DNA from: Corallochytrium limacisporum Hawaii
Lineage: Eukaryota > Protista > Pluriformea
Reading direction: 5' to 3'
Assembly: GCA_002811645.1 (NCBI GenBank)
Contig: PDIP01000257.1
Coordinates: forward strand, 1 to 64,000
Length of the DNA: 64,000 bases
Below are positions 12,141 to 24,235 of the stretch, in pieces. A program made the position numbers and the translations under genes. Below the pieces are notes generated by a model that was not told the origin of the DNA, ran no database searches, and was given only the letters and a program-made list of their open reading frames with translations. Within the stretch, counting starts at the first letter, position 1. Every line of letters begins with the position of its first letter.

Positions 12141-13304
12141 ATGATCCGAAATCACCTCAGAACCATAGCAGGAAGACGGATATGCAATAGCAACAATAAC
12201 AGAAGTAGCTTTTCAAGGGTTTTGCACCGTCGATATACAATGCAGTTTTGCGACATAGGAGCGAACATGACCGATGCCATGTTCGCAGGGCGCTACCATG
12301 GCAAGAAGGCCCATGAGGACGATCTGATTGACGTCCTCGATCGTGCAGCCCATAATGGAGTCAACAATATATTTGTAACAGCAGGCTGCCACCAGGACAT
12401 TGAGGATGTATCCGCTCTCATTGACCGCGTGCGCAAGCGTTCAACTGCAGATCCATCCACTGTGCCTATGCCCAAGTTACAGATGACCATCGGATGCCAT
12501 CCAACGCGAACCTCAGAGATGTCCAAAATTGCCGGCTCGGTCGATGAGTACATTGATCAGCTGCGTGCGTACCACCAAAAGCACGAGGTTGATATTGTTG
12601 CCTATGGAGAATTCGGGCTAGACTACGACCGCCTCCACTTCAGTGACAGAGACACTCAACTGAGAGGATTCCGTGCACAGCTGGGCCTTGCTGCGGACCT
12701 GGGATTGCCACTCTTTCTCCACGACCGCAACACAGGTGGCGATTTCGGACGCGAACTCCGCAACAGTCCGGACGGTGCCCTCAAGGCTGGCGGTGTTGTC
12801 CATAGCTTCACAGGTCCTCTTGCTGAGGCACAGGAGTACCTCGACCTGGGTCTCCATATTGGAATCAACGGGTGCAGTTTGAAGACGGAAGAGAATATTG
12901 CGGTGATACGGGAACTGCCGTTGGACCGAATCATGCTGGAGACGGACGCACCATGGTGCGAGATCAAGCGCACGCATGCCAGTCATGCGCATCTACAGAC
13001 CAAGGGACAATATCGCATGGCTGGCTTTGCGCACAGTATTCCAGCAAAAGGAACCATGTCAACCGACAACGGAAAGGGACAGCAGCAGGTAACGACGAAG
13101 AAAACGCAGACAAACACGGACCCATGGGCGCCTGTGGATAAAAAGAAATGGCAACGCGGGCGCAGGGTCAAAGGACGGTGTGAGCCGTGTCAAATCGTCG
13201 AGGTCTGCGAGGTTGTCGCTGCCGTGCACGGCATGACCCGAGAGGAGGTCGCGGAGGTTGCGTTCCAGAACACGAGGTCCGTGTTTACGAGGATGGCGCT
13301 GTGA
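12141..13304 (+). CDS. TATDN1: TatD-family DNase, TATDN1 subfamily (conserved start at ATG 12240; upstream ATG 12141 adds an Arg-rich leader)
   Basis: DIGANMTD..F.G.Y.G, GCHPT, GEFGLDYDRL, LFLH, GVVHSF, GINGCSLKT, LETDAPWC. Confidence 0.93.
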   Translation: MIRNHLRTIAGRRICNSNNNRSSFSRVLHRRYTMQFCDIGANMTDAMFAGRYHGKKAHEDDLIDVLDRAAHNGVNNIFVTAGCHQDIEDVSALIDRVRKRSTADPSTVPMPKLQMTIGCHPTRTSEMSKIAGSVDEYIDQLRAYHQKHEVDIVAYGEFGLDYDRLHFSDRDTQLRGFRAQLGLAADLGLPLFLHDRNTGGDFGRELRNSPDGALKAGGVVHSFTGPLAEAQEYLDLGLHIGINGCSLKTEENIAVIRELPLDRIMLETDAPWCEIKRTHASHAHLQTKGQYRMAGFAHSIPAKGTMSTDNGKGQQQVTTKKTQTNTDPWAPVDKKKWQRGRRVKGRCEPCQIVEVCEVVAAVHGMTREEVAEVAFQNTRSVFTRMAL

Positions 13305-13396
13305 ATCATAGTATAAAGACAGCGTTCAGGTAGATCCATTAAAGAACACTCTAAACAGTAAAATCGTATTGATTGTATGAATAAGGATTGCTCCAA

Positions 13397-16300
13397 TTAG
13401 TGTTTCGCCTTACGACGGTGACGAGACAAGTAGCTATCATTTGCGAAGGACATCTTGCACTTCGGACAAATGAACTCTTCTGCTGCTTCCTCTTCCTCGT
13501 CCTCCTCGTCCTCCACGTCTTCCTCTGCTTCAGCCTCGGCCTCGACCTTCTCCTCTCGTTTCGAACGACCGCGTTTTGGCCGGCCAGGGCGGGCCTTCGG
13601 AGCAGACACAGCGGCGGTCCGGCTCGTGCGGCGTGTGGCTACTGGCGCAGTGTCCTTCTCTTCGCCGGAACCCTGCGTGTCATCGGCCTCTTTGTCACTT
13701 TCCGCCTCATCCTTGGCACCCATACCACTAGCACCACTGGCGCTACGGCGTCCACGGCGGCGACGCACACCGGTGGTCTCCGAGATTTCGACCTGCGCTT
13801 TCATTGCTGCGCCTCGGCGGCTGCGCTGCGACCTTGGGGTCGGTTCCGGTGAGGTTTCTTCGCCGCTATCGGCGGCCTCCTCGACAACCGCTGCCGCAGA
13901 GCGGCGCGTGCTACGCTTAGCTGGAGGCTTTTCGTCGTCTCCATCATCTTTAGCGCGCTTACGTGTTGTGCGGCGAGTTGTGACTGCTTGCTGCTCATCC
14001 TCCTCGCCGGACTCTTCGTCCTCGGACTCTTTGTCTGCGGCAGGAACCGCAGACTTGGACTTTTTGCTGCTTGAAGCAGTCTTTGTGGGTTCAGGTGCGG
14101 CGGCCCCGCGACGCTTGCGACGCATGCGCGCGCCAATGCCCTCGTCCTCAGACTCGTCTTCTTCTGCGCTCTCGGTCACTTCGGCTTTGCCATCTTTGTC
14201 CTCCGCGGCCACCTTCTCCTCGGCAGTGGTGGTGGATGCGCGGGGTGTGCGGCGAGTGCTCCGACCGCTGCGGGTGCGTGGCGTCTCAATTTCCTCTTCG
14301 TCCTGTGTCGCTGTGCCCGAGGCGGCGGAACTGCTCCGCCTTGTCGTCGGAGTGGCCTTACCCGCTGTGTGAGCCTTACTCTGCTTCAGGTCCTCATCGT
14401 CTGAAGTGTGTGAGGATCCTGGTTTGGCAGGTTTCGGTGACGGCGCTGCAACCGAGGACGTGGAGGTGGCACGGCTTTCTGCGCGCTGGCGCGCTTTGGC
14501 CTCGGCCCGTTCTCGGCTGAGAATATCCTTGATTGGAATGTCGAGTTCACGCTGCGGTCTGGATGAACCAATGTACGAGCCCATGCTACCGCTCGCTTTT
14601 GTGGACGACACGCCGGATTTGCTTGGCCTGCTGCTCTTAGTAGCCGGGCGGACGTCGCTGGGCTCGGGGAGAGCAGGACGGTCACGGTCTTGCTGCGGTA
14701 CCTCCGTGGCTTCAGATGCATCCGCCGACTTGCGCAGCTTCTCATCCTCTTCTGTAGGAAGGGCAGGTAGCTCATCATCACCACGGCGGGGAACGATGTC
14801 AATCTCTTTATCCTCAGCCGTTGGCGGTGTGGGTTTAGCGGACGAAGACTTGGCAGCCTTATCCGACCTGGGCGAAGTCTTGCCAGAGGAAGGCTTTGAG
14901 GGAACCTCCTCGGCGGCCCTTTTGTCGGTGCCGGTGGGGCCGACGGCAGATGCAACCTTGTCGGTGACGGCCTTTCGGGGGGACGCTTCTTTGTCGGCCG
15001 ACATATCCAGTTTGTCATCCGTCTTCTTTTCCGGCTTATTCTCTGCGTTGGGGACCACCTCAGTCTCGGTCGTAGCCGCAACCAATTCACCTTCTGCAGT
15101 TTTCGTCACCTTGGCATCATCCACCCTCTTGGCATCATCTTCAGTGCCTTTGACCTTATCTTCAGCACTCTTCTCGTCCTTCTTCGTCTCAGACTCAGGT
15201 AAAATCCCTGCCTTCTCTTTCTTGTCACTTGCAGCTTCAGCGGTGACGTTTTCTTCCTTAGAGATTTCCATCTTGGCTGCGTCCTGCTTCAGCAGCTCTG
15301 CGGTGTCGACCTTTGGCTTGTCTGCATCAACTGGCTTAGCTGAATCTGTTGCCTTTGCAGAAGGCGCGGATGCGCCAGAGGTCGTCGATGCTGCAGCTGC
15401 GGGTGGCTGTACCTGAGGCTCGCGGTAGACAAAGGCACTCTGGCGAATGACACCGGACCCCAGTTTATTCCACGCAAGCACGCGGATTACCACTGATCTT
15501 CCATGGAAACCCTTTAGGGTCTCAATAGGCAGTAGATGCTCGCATTCCAGGCCATCATAGATGGTCTCAAACTCCCGCTCCAAGGTTAGGCGTCTCTGCG
15601 GTTGGCCAGGCTTCTGTCCTGGCTGGGTAGTCATGGTCGGCTGCTTCTTGGACGGCGTTGCAATACCATACTGCACTGTGTACTTTGTGACGGCCGTACC
15701 ACCATTGTTTCGAGGAGCCTGCCACTTGATCTTTATACAGGCACCTTTTCCTCCCGCAGTGTCTTCGAACTTGGAGAGTTCCAAGTTCTCCGGAGGACCA
15801 GGCACAGATGTTCGCGGCAACCTGACAGCGACAGGGTCGCTGAACTCCCCCTGACCACAGAATGAGATACCAGCCAGTCGAACACGGTAGGCGCAGCAGG
15901 GTATAAGTTTCGCATACGCCACGCCCTCGTTAGCCCGTGCGTTGGAGTCTTGACTGGTACCGACAGATGCCATAGGACGCAGGGGATCTTCAACGGTCGG
16001 ACGACCTGGCGTCTGCGGTGCAGAGGCGCCTCGAGAGGGTCCTGCGGACGCAGTGTTACTTTTTCCTTCGTTCTTTGCACTGGTGTCCTGGAAAGCGTTG
16101 ATGATACAGCTGGCAGACCGAACAAAGCCAATCTCGTACCACACAGGACGATAGTGTGCGGTCTTAGCCGGCGGTAAAATGGCCGACTCATCAATGTGCT
16201 TGTCTTTGCCGGCAAGCTTTTGTTGCGCCTTGAGCAGCTTTCCCTTTTGCAGTTGCTGAGCAATGTCGTCCTCGATTTGAATCTGGAGCCGGTAGCTTTC

Positions 16301-17956
16301 AGCGACTGGGGTGGGATCCCACTTCAATTCGATCTGACCAGGCATGGCCCGTATAAGCCGCAGGTTCGTGGGCTTTGCCGGCAACGAGGCCTCCAGGGCC
16401 CACAGATCATTGTGAAATGTGGCCACTTGGGACTCTCCGACGACCCGTGGTTGACTTTTGCTGCTGATGTCCCGTCCCGACCAAATGTACATCGATGTGC
16501 CCACACAGGCTACGCAGTGCCCCACTCGGGCTTTCGGACTTGCCTCCAATACTCGGTGTTGGTTTGAAGAGCTATTGGCCTGCTGGACCGGCGGTGTCTT
16601 TTGCCATCGTTCCCAGCGCAACGTGCGCATATCCACAACTTCGGTGGTTGCACTCATCGTCGGCGAACCTCTGTCGACTCCCGGGGCGGCATTCTTGCCA
16701 GTTGAATTGCCTCCCGCCCAGCCGCCGACCACAAAGAGCTTCACGCCGAGCAAGCACATTGTGTGTTGCGTACGCGGGATGGGAGTGCCAGTGGTACGTG
16801 GCCTCGACCAGGTCCATGTCGTTGTGTCCAGGACATAGAGGTCGTTCAAGCGTTTCGTTCCATTGGACCCACCAAAGATAATCAACTTATTTCCCATTGC
16901 CACTGCTGCATGTGATTCTCGTGGCGATGGAGGTGACATGCCCTGCGCATTGTGTTTCACCTTTGTCCAATGGTACGTCGCCAAGTCTAGGCAATACGTG
17001 TCGTTAAGGTGTACAAGGTTTGCGTTGCCTTCAATATCCGGGTTCGCTCCTCCTGTCTTCTTGGCCAACGACACCCCGCCAAACACAATGAGGTACCCTT
17101 TAACAAAAGTAAAAGTATGCGCCATTCGCGGAGTGGGGGCCTGTCCCGAAACCCTTGGCTTTTTCCATTCCCAGTCGAGAACCTTCAGCTCCCACAAGTC
17201 ACCCTGTAGCTGTCCGTTATCGTTTAAACCACCGTGAACATAACATCGGTGCCTGCGATCGCTGTCAAAGCCGCAGGCCGCCAACGCAGGCGGACTGTCC
17301 CCCTGAACCTCGGGTAACAACCACTCGTTTCGCCGAGTGTCAAAAATGTGCAGGCCACCCAGCACTCCGACGGACGGAATCCCTCCTCCGAACACAAATA
17401 TCAAATGCCGAATTGCCGCGGCTTTGTGACCGTGTCGTGGGCGTGGGATAAGTGCAGTGGAAGAAACTGCAATCCGTTTCCAGTTCGTGCCCGTGGTTGC
17501 ATCCGGGATCACATTTTGTCCAGACGCCTTCTGTGCTTGCTGCTGTTGTTGCATTTTTAGTGCCTGTTGCTGTGCCAAGAGGCGCCTTTGTTGCTGAATG
17601 GTCATGATCTGTTTCTGTTTGGCTGTGATTCCCCCGGTGCCGCTCGGCGAAGGACTGTTTCCACTACTTCCTAAAAGCTTCGTTAGTGGATCGTTCTCCA
17701 CACTTCCCAACCCAAGTCCTCCCAAATTTCCCAGGCTACCAAGAGATCCAATCGTTGTCGTCATCATGTTCCCGTCATTTTTCACTCCACCGCTGTTTAC
17801 TCCGAAAAGACTAGAGAGACTGGTCGAGCTGGAACCGCCAATATCTGCCATTGCCGATGTTGTCGCACGACGGGCTGGCATGCTAGACGAAGCCGTAGCA
17901 TTGCTTAATTCCTGCTTTAGCTCGTCCAGCGAGCTGAGGTTGAAGTTGTTTGCCAT
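13397..17956 (-). CDS. HCFC1: Host cell factor (HCF-1-like): Kelch beta-propeller, two Fn3 domains, long charged tail, AT-hook, terminal C2H2 zinc finger
   Basis: PRPRHGHKAAAIRHLIFVFGGG, PSPRESH, MYIWSGRD, DLWALE..P..P..LRL, WYEIGFV, AYRVRLAGISFCGQGEFS and PGPP match the HCF Kelch/SAS1 motifs. Confidence 0.88.
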   Translation of the reverse strand: MANNFNLSSLDELKQELSNATASSSMPARRATTSAMADIGGSSSTSLSSLFGVNSGGVKNDGNMMTTTIGSLGSLGNLGGLGLGSVENDPLTKLLGSSGNSPSPSGTGGITAKQKQIMTIQQQRRLLAQQQALKMQQQQQAQKASGQNVIPDATTGTNWKRIAVSSTALIPRPRHGHKAAAIRHLIFVFGGGIPSVGVLGGLHIFDTRRNEWLLPEVQGDSPPALAACGFDSDRRHRCYVHGGLNDNGQLQGDLWELKVLDWEWKKPRVSGQAPTPRMAHTFTFVKGYLIVFGGVSLAKKTGGANPDIEGNANLVHLNDTYCLDLATYHWTKVKHNAQGMSPPSPRESHAAVAMGNKLIIFGGSNGTKRLNDLYVLDTTTWTWSRPRTTGTPIPRTQHTMCLLGVKLFVVGGWAGGNSTGKNAAPGVDRGSPTMSATTEVVDMRTLRWERWQKTPPVQQANSSSNQHRVLEASPKARVGHCVACVGTSMYIWSGRDISSKSQPRVVGESQVATFHNDLWALEASLPAKPTNLRLIRAMPGQIELKWDPTPVAESYRLQIQIEDDIAQQLQKGKLLKAQQKLAGKDKHIDESAILPPAKTAHYRPVWYEIGFVRSASCIINAFQDTSAKNEGKSNTASAGPSRGASAPQTPGRPTVEDPLRPMASVGTSQDSNARANEGVAYAKLIPCCAYRVRLAGISFCGQGEFSDPVAVRLPRTSVPGPPENLELSKFEDTAGGKGACIKIKWQAPRNNGGTAVTKYTVQYGIATPSKKQPTMTTQPGQKPGQPQRRLTLEREFETIYDGLECEHLLPIETLKGFHGRSVVIRVLAWNKLGSGVIRQSAFVYREPQVQPPAAAASTTSGASAPSAKATDSAKPVDADKPKVDTAELLKQDAAKMEISKEENVTAEAASDKKEKAGILPESETKKDEKSAEDKVKGTEDDAKRVDDAKVTKTAEGELVAATTETEVVPNAENKPEKKTDDKLDMSADKEASPRKAVTDKVASAVGPTGTDKRAAEEVPSKPSSGKTSPRSDKAAKSSSAKPTPPTAEDKEIDIVPRRGDDELPALPTEEDEKLRKSADASEATEVPQQDRDRPALPEPSDVRPATKSSRPSKSGVSSTKASGSMGSYIGSSRPQRELDIPIKDILSRERAEAKARQRAESRATSTSSVAAPSPKPAKPGSSHTSDDEDLKQSKAHTAGKATPTTRRSSSAASGTATQDEEEIETPRTRSGRSTRRTPRASTTTAEEKVAAEDKDGKAEVTESAEEDESEDEGIGARMRRKRRGAAAPEPTKTASSSKKSKSAVPAADKESEDEESGEEDEQQAVTTRRTTRKRAKDDGDDEKPPAKRSTRRSAAAVVEEAADSGEETSPEPTPRSQRSRRGAAMKAQVEISETTGVRRRRGRRSASGASGMGAKDEAESDKEADDTQGSGEEKDTAPVATRRTSRTAAVSAPKARPGRPKRGRSKREEKVEAEAEAEEDVEDEEDEEEEAAEEFICPKCKMSFANDSYLSRHRRKAKH

Positions 17957-18672
17957 AATTCACGTGGCTGTTCCCTTCACAGAGCAGTCGCTGATTCTTT
18001 ACGTCATCTTTGAGTTTCCTGAGCTCGTGAACATTACGATTTGTTCCGTCCTCAATGATCTGACGAGGGATAATTCATTGTACGTGTTATTCTTCCAATG
18101 AAGACTGTACAAACTCGACGCTCTATTAGACGTTTCTTTCGTCCCATTTAAACTACCTTCGTAGGACCGGTGGCAGGTCTCCCACTCCTTCGCCACCAGA
18201 GCCCCCCCCCCTTTCGCGCGGCCACGAAAAGTGGCCCACAGTGGCGGCGGGGCCCGGGGCCAGAAAGGCATGTGCTCTGGGGGCCTAATTCTTTGGCGGG
18301 AAGCGGGGGGTTGGTCCGATGCGCAGGACCGAGGAAGCCCGGCCGTCAGGTACCGCCGACGGGTGCGCGGTTCTTGCGCTGCTCTGTAACAAATGAAGCA
18401 CCGTTATGGTTGGTATTGCATAGCATCATGTAGAACTTTGTTAAGAAGAATGATTGGTGAAGAGTGACAAATATCTTTCTGGCATGATGGGTGATGATAT
18501 GGCTGCTTTATAAAATTATGGGGGACAGACGAAATGATCCCAGAGATTATCGTGTGCTTGTAACAGCTTGAAGCGGTTACATGTTGAAAATGATGAGTTA
18601 GTGTTAAGAATCCAGAACAAACTAGAGAGTTGAGTGGTAAAGACTAGCTTTGACGTTTGCTACTTGATCGTT

Positions 18673-19632
18673 TTAGTTAAGAGGGACATGGGAGAACAGA
18701 TAGCTTACACTCTCACCATTGTGGGTACGCCGGATTGCCTCGGCGAGGATGGGTGCAATATCAATGACCTCGAGCTTAGGGCAGATCTCTTTGTTGTCCC
18801 GGTGAGGGATGGTGTTGGTACAGATCACCTTATGGATGCGAGACTTGTTGATACGATCCAGGGCAGGCCCAGAGAAAATACCGTGAGTGATAATGGCGTA
18901 CACTGAAGTAGCACCACCTTCGATCAGCTTATCGGCAGCGTGGCACAATGTACCACAAGTATCCGCCATGTCATCAACTAGAATGGCAACCCGGTCCTCA
19001 ACGGAACCGACCAAAACCATGCGGTCAACTTCGTTGGCTTTCTTGCGCTCCTTATGGATCAGTGCAAAGTCTACGTTCAGGCGATCGGCGATGGAAGTAA
19101 CCCGCTTGGCACCACCGGCGTCGGGAGACACAACGACACAGTTTTCCCATTCAGGAATAGTCTCCTTAATATACTTGAGGACTGCAGGCTCGGCGTACAG
19201 GTTGTCCACTGGCACGTCAAAGAAACCTTGGATCTGGCTCGCATGCAAGTCCATTGTGATAATATGGTCGGCACCGGCAACGCTGAGCATATTGGCAACC
19301 AGCTTGGCGGTGATCGGTGCACGACTCTTGTCCTTTTTATCTTGTCTAGCGTAGGGGAACAGAGGAATGACTGCAGTGACACGACGAGCACTGGCAATCT
19401 TGCAGGCGTTGACCATGATAAGCAGTTCCATTAAGTGGTCATTGATCTCACCGCACCCGGACTGGATGCAAAATACATCTTCGCCACGCACAGACTCAGC
19501 AACCTCAACGCAGGTTTCCTTGTTCTTGAACTTGTCCACTTTCACGTCACACAGACGCAAGCCAAGACGCTTGCAGATTTTGAGTGCAAGGTCGGGGTGG
19601 CTGTTTCCAGTAAGAATGCGAATGCCCGTCAT
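18673..19632 (-). CDS. PRPS1: Ribose-phosphate pyrophosphokinase (class I PRPS); conserved start 19632, reading frame open to 20055
   Basis: [64 protein letters not shown]. Confidence 0.97.
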   Translation of the reverse strand: MTGIRILTGNSHPDLALKICKRLGLRLCDVKVDKFKNKETCVEVAESVRGEDVFCIQSGCGEINDHLMELLIMVNACKIASARRVTAVIPLFPYARQDKKDKSRAPITAKLVANMLSVAGADHIITMDLHASQIQGFFDVPVDNLYAEPAVLKYIKETIPEWENCVVVSPDAGGAKRVTSIADRLNVDFALIHKERKKANEVDRMVLVGSVEDRVAILVDDMADTCGTLCHAADKLIEGGATSVYAIITHGIFSGPALDRINKSRIHKVICTNTIPHRDNKEICPKLEVIDIAPILAEAIRRTHNGESVSYLFSHVPLN

Positions 19633-20356
19633 CTCTCTAGTGCTTTGTTGACAACTTCTGCAGACTTCTGTTGACTGCACTCCGTGGTCTAGAATTTCTT
19701 CTTCGCTGTTGGGCTGTGAAAGAAGTGCAATGTTCAGCTGAGAAGGGTTCCCGTACTCTCGTTCTTCTCCAGATGGTTCTGTCACCACGTATGTTTCTTT
19801 ACCTTCTTTGAAAGTGGAGTAGACTTGTTGCGGCATCTGGGCCGAGGACACTTCACCGAGGCGAGGAATTTTGAATAGTGTTGAAAACGTGAACCCAAAG
19901 AGCAGGTTCGACTCTGTCACCCAGGGGGGGTTGCAGTCACGCTGAATGTCCGAGTTTAGTATTTGCATTGGCGCTGCATGTCCTTGATCCCCAGGACCAA
20001 CCAAGTACCTGCAAGAGCGATGCGTGAAATAATACCAGTCCCTCGTTTCCAACACCGCAAATTAGTGTGTCTGGGGCGCCGCAGCCATTCAAACTATCAG
20101 GCCTTTTGTCGAACCGTAAATGAGAAAAGGGTCACCAGTAACTAGCCAACAGCCGACACGTTCCTAGTATATGCACAGGGTCCTCCTCCCCAGACGTATC
20201 GTTACTATCTGTGTACCCACACGCCTACTGCACACCCTCTGCACAGCCCAGGTGTGGGGAGGTGGCTCCCAGGTGGGTCAGTCGCCAACAGGTATGACTG
20301 GCCAAAAAGGCGGCAAAACAGTCCCGCCCTCGAGAAGTTCCCCAACCGTAGAACAC

Positions 20357-20362
20357 CACACA

Positions 20363-20407
<45 letters not shown>

Positions 20408-20428
20408 GCACACACACGCACACACACA
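20357..20428. repeat. (CA)n microsatellite
   Basis: Seen directly. Confidence 0.9.
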
Positions 20429-23400
20429 GCGCCCAACGCTTCGCGCAAAAAAGAACCTGAGAGGGAGGGGCTAATGGCGGCAAGCCGCGACACCTTTGCG
20501 CGGAGCTCATTCGCCAGGGAATATGAGACACACACCTATGCCACAGCCCTCAAATGCGACCAACGTGTAGACGGTGCTGGATCAGGCAGGTTGATGTGCA
20601 TCAGCGCGCGAGTACTGGAATAGGAAAGCGTTATGTGTATGTGTCTGTATCGGCATTGATACTGAGGGGGGGTCAAAGAACGAAAACACATGTGGTCACC
20701 TACACCAACCATTACAGTACCATCCCCAGGCTTTTATTACTAAATGTCATGACCCATTTTTGTTGACAGAGTCACACACACGCGTACATGAAGACATGGG
20801 AGGAACGGTGAAACTGTTCGGACCATGTGTGTGTGCTTGCTCGTATCGCTGTGTGTGAGTATAGCTCCATTATGTTGTTTCTTCGAACCGTAAGCGTGGA
20901 ACGGTTGAGAGAACAATGAAGTCATGCTGAAGCGAATGAACGCTGTGGAGGACGGGAATTGGCGGTCGACTGTTCTCCTGTGAAACAGGTGTGCTACAAG
21001 GTTATATTGAGGAGACTGTTCTCAAGTGTCCATGACAATAAGGATGATCCTGATCACTGTGAGTCGTTAACCTTTGAATATGCCTAATTCATGTAAGTAG
21101 AAAAAGTCATGATCTACCGAGCACCCCCTCCCCCTTGCACCTCCAAGTATCTGTGTTGTCTACGTCGAGTGTGTGAATGAAATGAGAGTGTGTGAATTCA
21201 GGAAGTGGTGCTTTTGCCGTAAACTCTCGCTAGCTGACCGGTCCCATTTATTCCCTCCGACTTTCAACCTGGGCAGTTGGAGGGGGCCACGCGGTTGACC
21301 GGGTCCGCTGTATCTCATCCTTCTCTGTTGCAATGCTTTGCCCTTGTATGGGCAAATTTTGTACTTTCAGTACCAGTGGTACCGCCGAAAAGTCTTTCGA
21401 GGGATTAAAGTATTCGGATGAATACGATAGACTTCCCCTGTGGAATGCCCCCCCCGGGGGGGGGGCCCGGAAAAAGGAAATATTGAAGCGGGGACTGCGC
21501 AGGAAGGGGAAGTCCGCAGAAAATGCCCGTCATCGTCCACCATGTACCACAAACCTGCCTGTGAGTTTCAACGGTTGGTCGATCTCATGGCCCGGTTGCA
21601 GAGTTGGTTGATGACGACGTGCTACAGCGACAGATGAGACAGCAATCGCCGGTAGAGCGGAACCGGTGACAAAAGGATTAAATCCCGACCCGGCTCTGCG
21701 ATTACCTCCCCATCCATCACTTCCAGCAGTGTGCAGATTTTACCTGCCGTCGTTGCCATTGTTCCCCTTCCTACTCCGTCGAATCCCTGCCATCGACATC
21801 GTAGTGAATAAATGCAGAGGGATCTTCTGGACTTGGAGCTCAGAGCCATGTCATCATCATGGGGATAAAGCACGGACCCCTACCACTTCGATGTGTCTAT
21901 ATCCAAAGAAGGATACGATCTACCGCCATGCAACTCCAATCATGCACAAACCCGCCCAGACAACGACTTGGAGTTGGGATATTAAAGCCAAAACCACACC
22001 ATAGGGGACCGGGATCGGAAAGTACGCAATCGAAGTTGTGTGGACCCGCGGTTCTGTAGAGATTGATTTCGCTCCCAGCGATCCCGGCCGGGTTCTGGGT
22101 GCACTGCATCGTCGCTCAAGCACCACCTCCCCCCCCCCGTTTTGAGGGACTCACTGCCTGTTTTCCTTCTCTTGTTCGGGTCCTGGTCTTTTCCTTTTAT
22201 TTCGCGCACAAATATTAGGACCCCTCCCCCTCGCGCCACAAAATATAACTGAACACCTAGTAGCCTTCGGTTAATTCAAATTTATGACATGTGGTGGCAA
22301 AAGGTCTTGCGAAGTGAATGTACTGGGGTGGTGTCAGGTCCCGGGTCCATCCATTTTACACACTCTTGAGGTACTAAACCCCCCACCCAAAGCGAAATCC
22401 TTTCAAACCCCAGCAGTATTTAATTTTCCTGTGGACAACTGCCAAAAACAATTTGAAAAGCTCGGTGCATTCACTATTCAGGCCGGCTGACTCCACCACC
22501 CGCGCCACCCACCCACCCACNNNNNNNNNNNNNNNNNNNNNNNNNNNNNNNNNNNNNNNNNNNNNNNNNNNNNNNNNNNNNNNNNNNNNNNNNNNNNNNN
22601 NNNNNNNNNNNNNNNNNNNNNNNNNNNNNNNNNNNNNNNNNNNNNNNNNNNNNNNNNNNNNNNNNNNNNNNNNNNNNNNNNNNNNNNNNNNNNNNNNNNN
22701 NNNNNNNNNNNNNNNNNNNNNNNNGGAGGGGGGAAGAGAGAGAGAGAGGGTTGCGCAGGGAGAGAGGAAGAGAGGCCCGGAGCCGCTCTTTGTGGTAAAC
22801 GATTAAGGCGAAAGGCTGGAAGGAAACGACCGAGTGGGCCCAGTGTGTGTGTACAGCCAGAGCGCGGCTGTGGCAATACTTGGGTGGGCGCCTTGCCTGT
22901 TGTTTACGGGAACACCTTACACCCCGCCGCACTGACCCCCAGGGCCAACACGCTATCGCGAATCATTTTCGACGCGTCTTGTGTTGCGCTGCTCTGCCAA
23001 CCTTGTCTTTTGAAACTGCCAGTGTTCTTACGTGTCCATCTCCGTCGACAACATCAACATCGCCATACAACCCCATCAACCCCGATACGCAGGCCTCTGA
23101 CTCTTAAGACAATGGAAAAGCACCACTGTCGTGGCGGGCAATACCCCATTCGAAAGCCAGCCAGCCAGCCAGCGCAGCCTCCTCCACCCCCTCCCCCCCC
23201 CAAAAAAAAAGGGAAAGAAGTTGGGATCAGACTCTGCAGTTGCTCCCAGAAATAGAAACGGGGGCCGGAAACCCAGCACACCCATCAACATCATACATTC
23301 GAGACCGGACATGGTGTGCATGTGTACTGTCTGTGTGTGGGTATGCTGTCCGAATCATGTAGGTACCAGCTGGAGAAGATTGGTTTGTTTGTTTTTTTCC

Positions 23401-23581
23401 CATAGACCCCGTTTTCTTTTTGGTAGGGTTAGGAAGGGAGGGAGGAGGAAGGGAGGGGGGCACCGGGCGATGAGGTCCAAGCCCCAGTGCGATCGTACAG
23501 AGAGAAAAAAACAAAAAAAAAACCCCGACCCCTTCGCGGGAGAGCGCTTGGGTTTCATTGGCAGGACGAAAAAACCCCTTA

Positions 23582-23709
23582 ACATACACACGCATACATA
23601 CATACATACACACGGGCACGCACTCATTAACTCATGCACACGCACACACACGCACACACACACACGCACACACATACACACACACACACACATATGCACA
23701 TGCACACAT
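23582..23709. repeat. Degenerate (CA)n/(CATA)n microsatellite
   Basis: Seen directly. Confidence 0.85.
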
Positions 23710-24185
23710 AGGGGCACGCCGTACCCGCACGCCCACCGTATTAGGGTTTTAATTGATCTGTTCGCATCAGCAGCACCAGACACTCTCCCCGATTCATTAT
23801 TTAGCCGTTTTCCCCTCGTTTGTAAGATCACGCCCCAGCCTGTATTTTCGTGGGTTGGTTGGTCCTGGCCATTATGAAAATGTACGGGTTCGTGTCCACG
23901 GTCTGTGGCAAAATAATGAAAACCATTGAAAAGACAAAAGGATGAATGCCTGCACCCGAAATCTCTCGCTTCTGCCCCCTTTCTTTTTTTCTTTCTTTCT
24001 CTCTTTTTAACCAAAAAGAAAATTAAAGGAAAGAAACAAAAGGGAAAAAAAGGGAAGGGGGGGGGGGGGGGNNNNNNNNNNNNNNNNNNNNNNNNNNNNN
24101 NNNNNNNNNNNNNNNNNNNNNNNNNNNNNNNNNNNNNNNNNNNNNNNNNNNNNNNNNNNNNNNNNNNNNNNNNNNNNNNNNNNNN

Positions 24186-24235
<50 letters not shown>

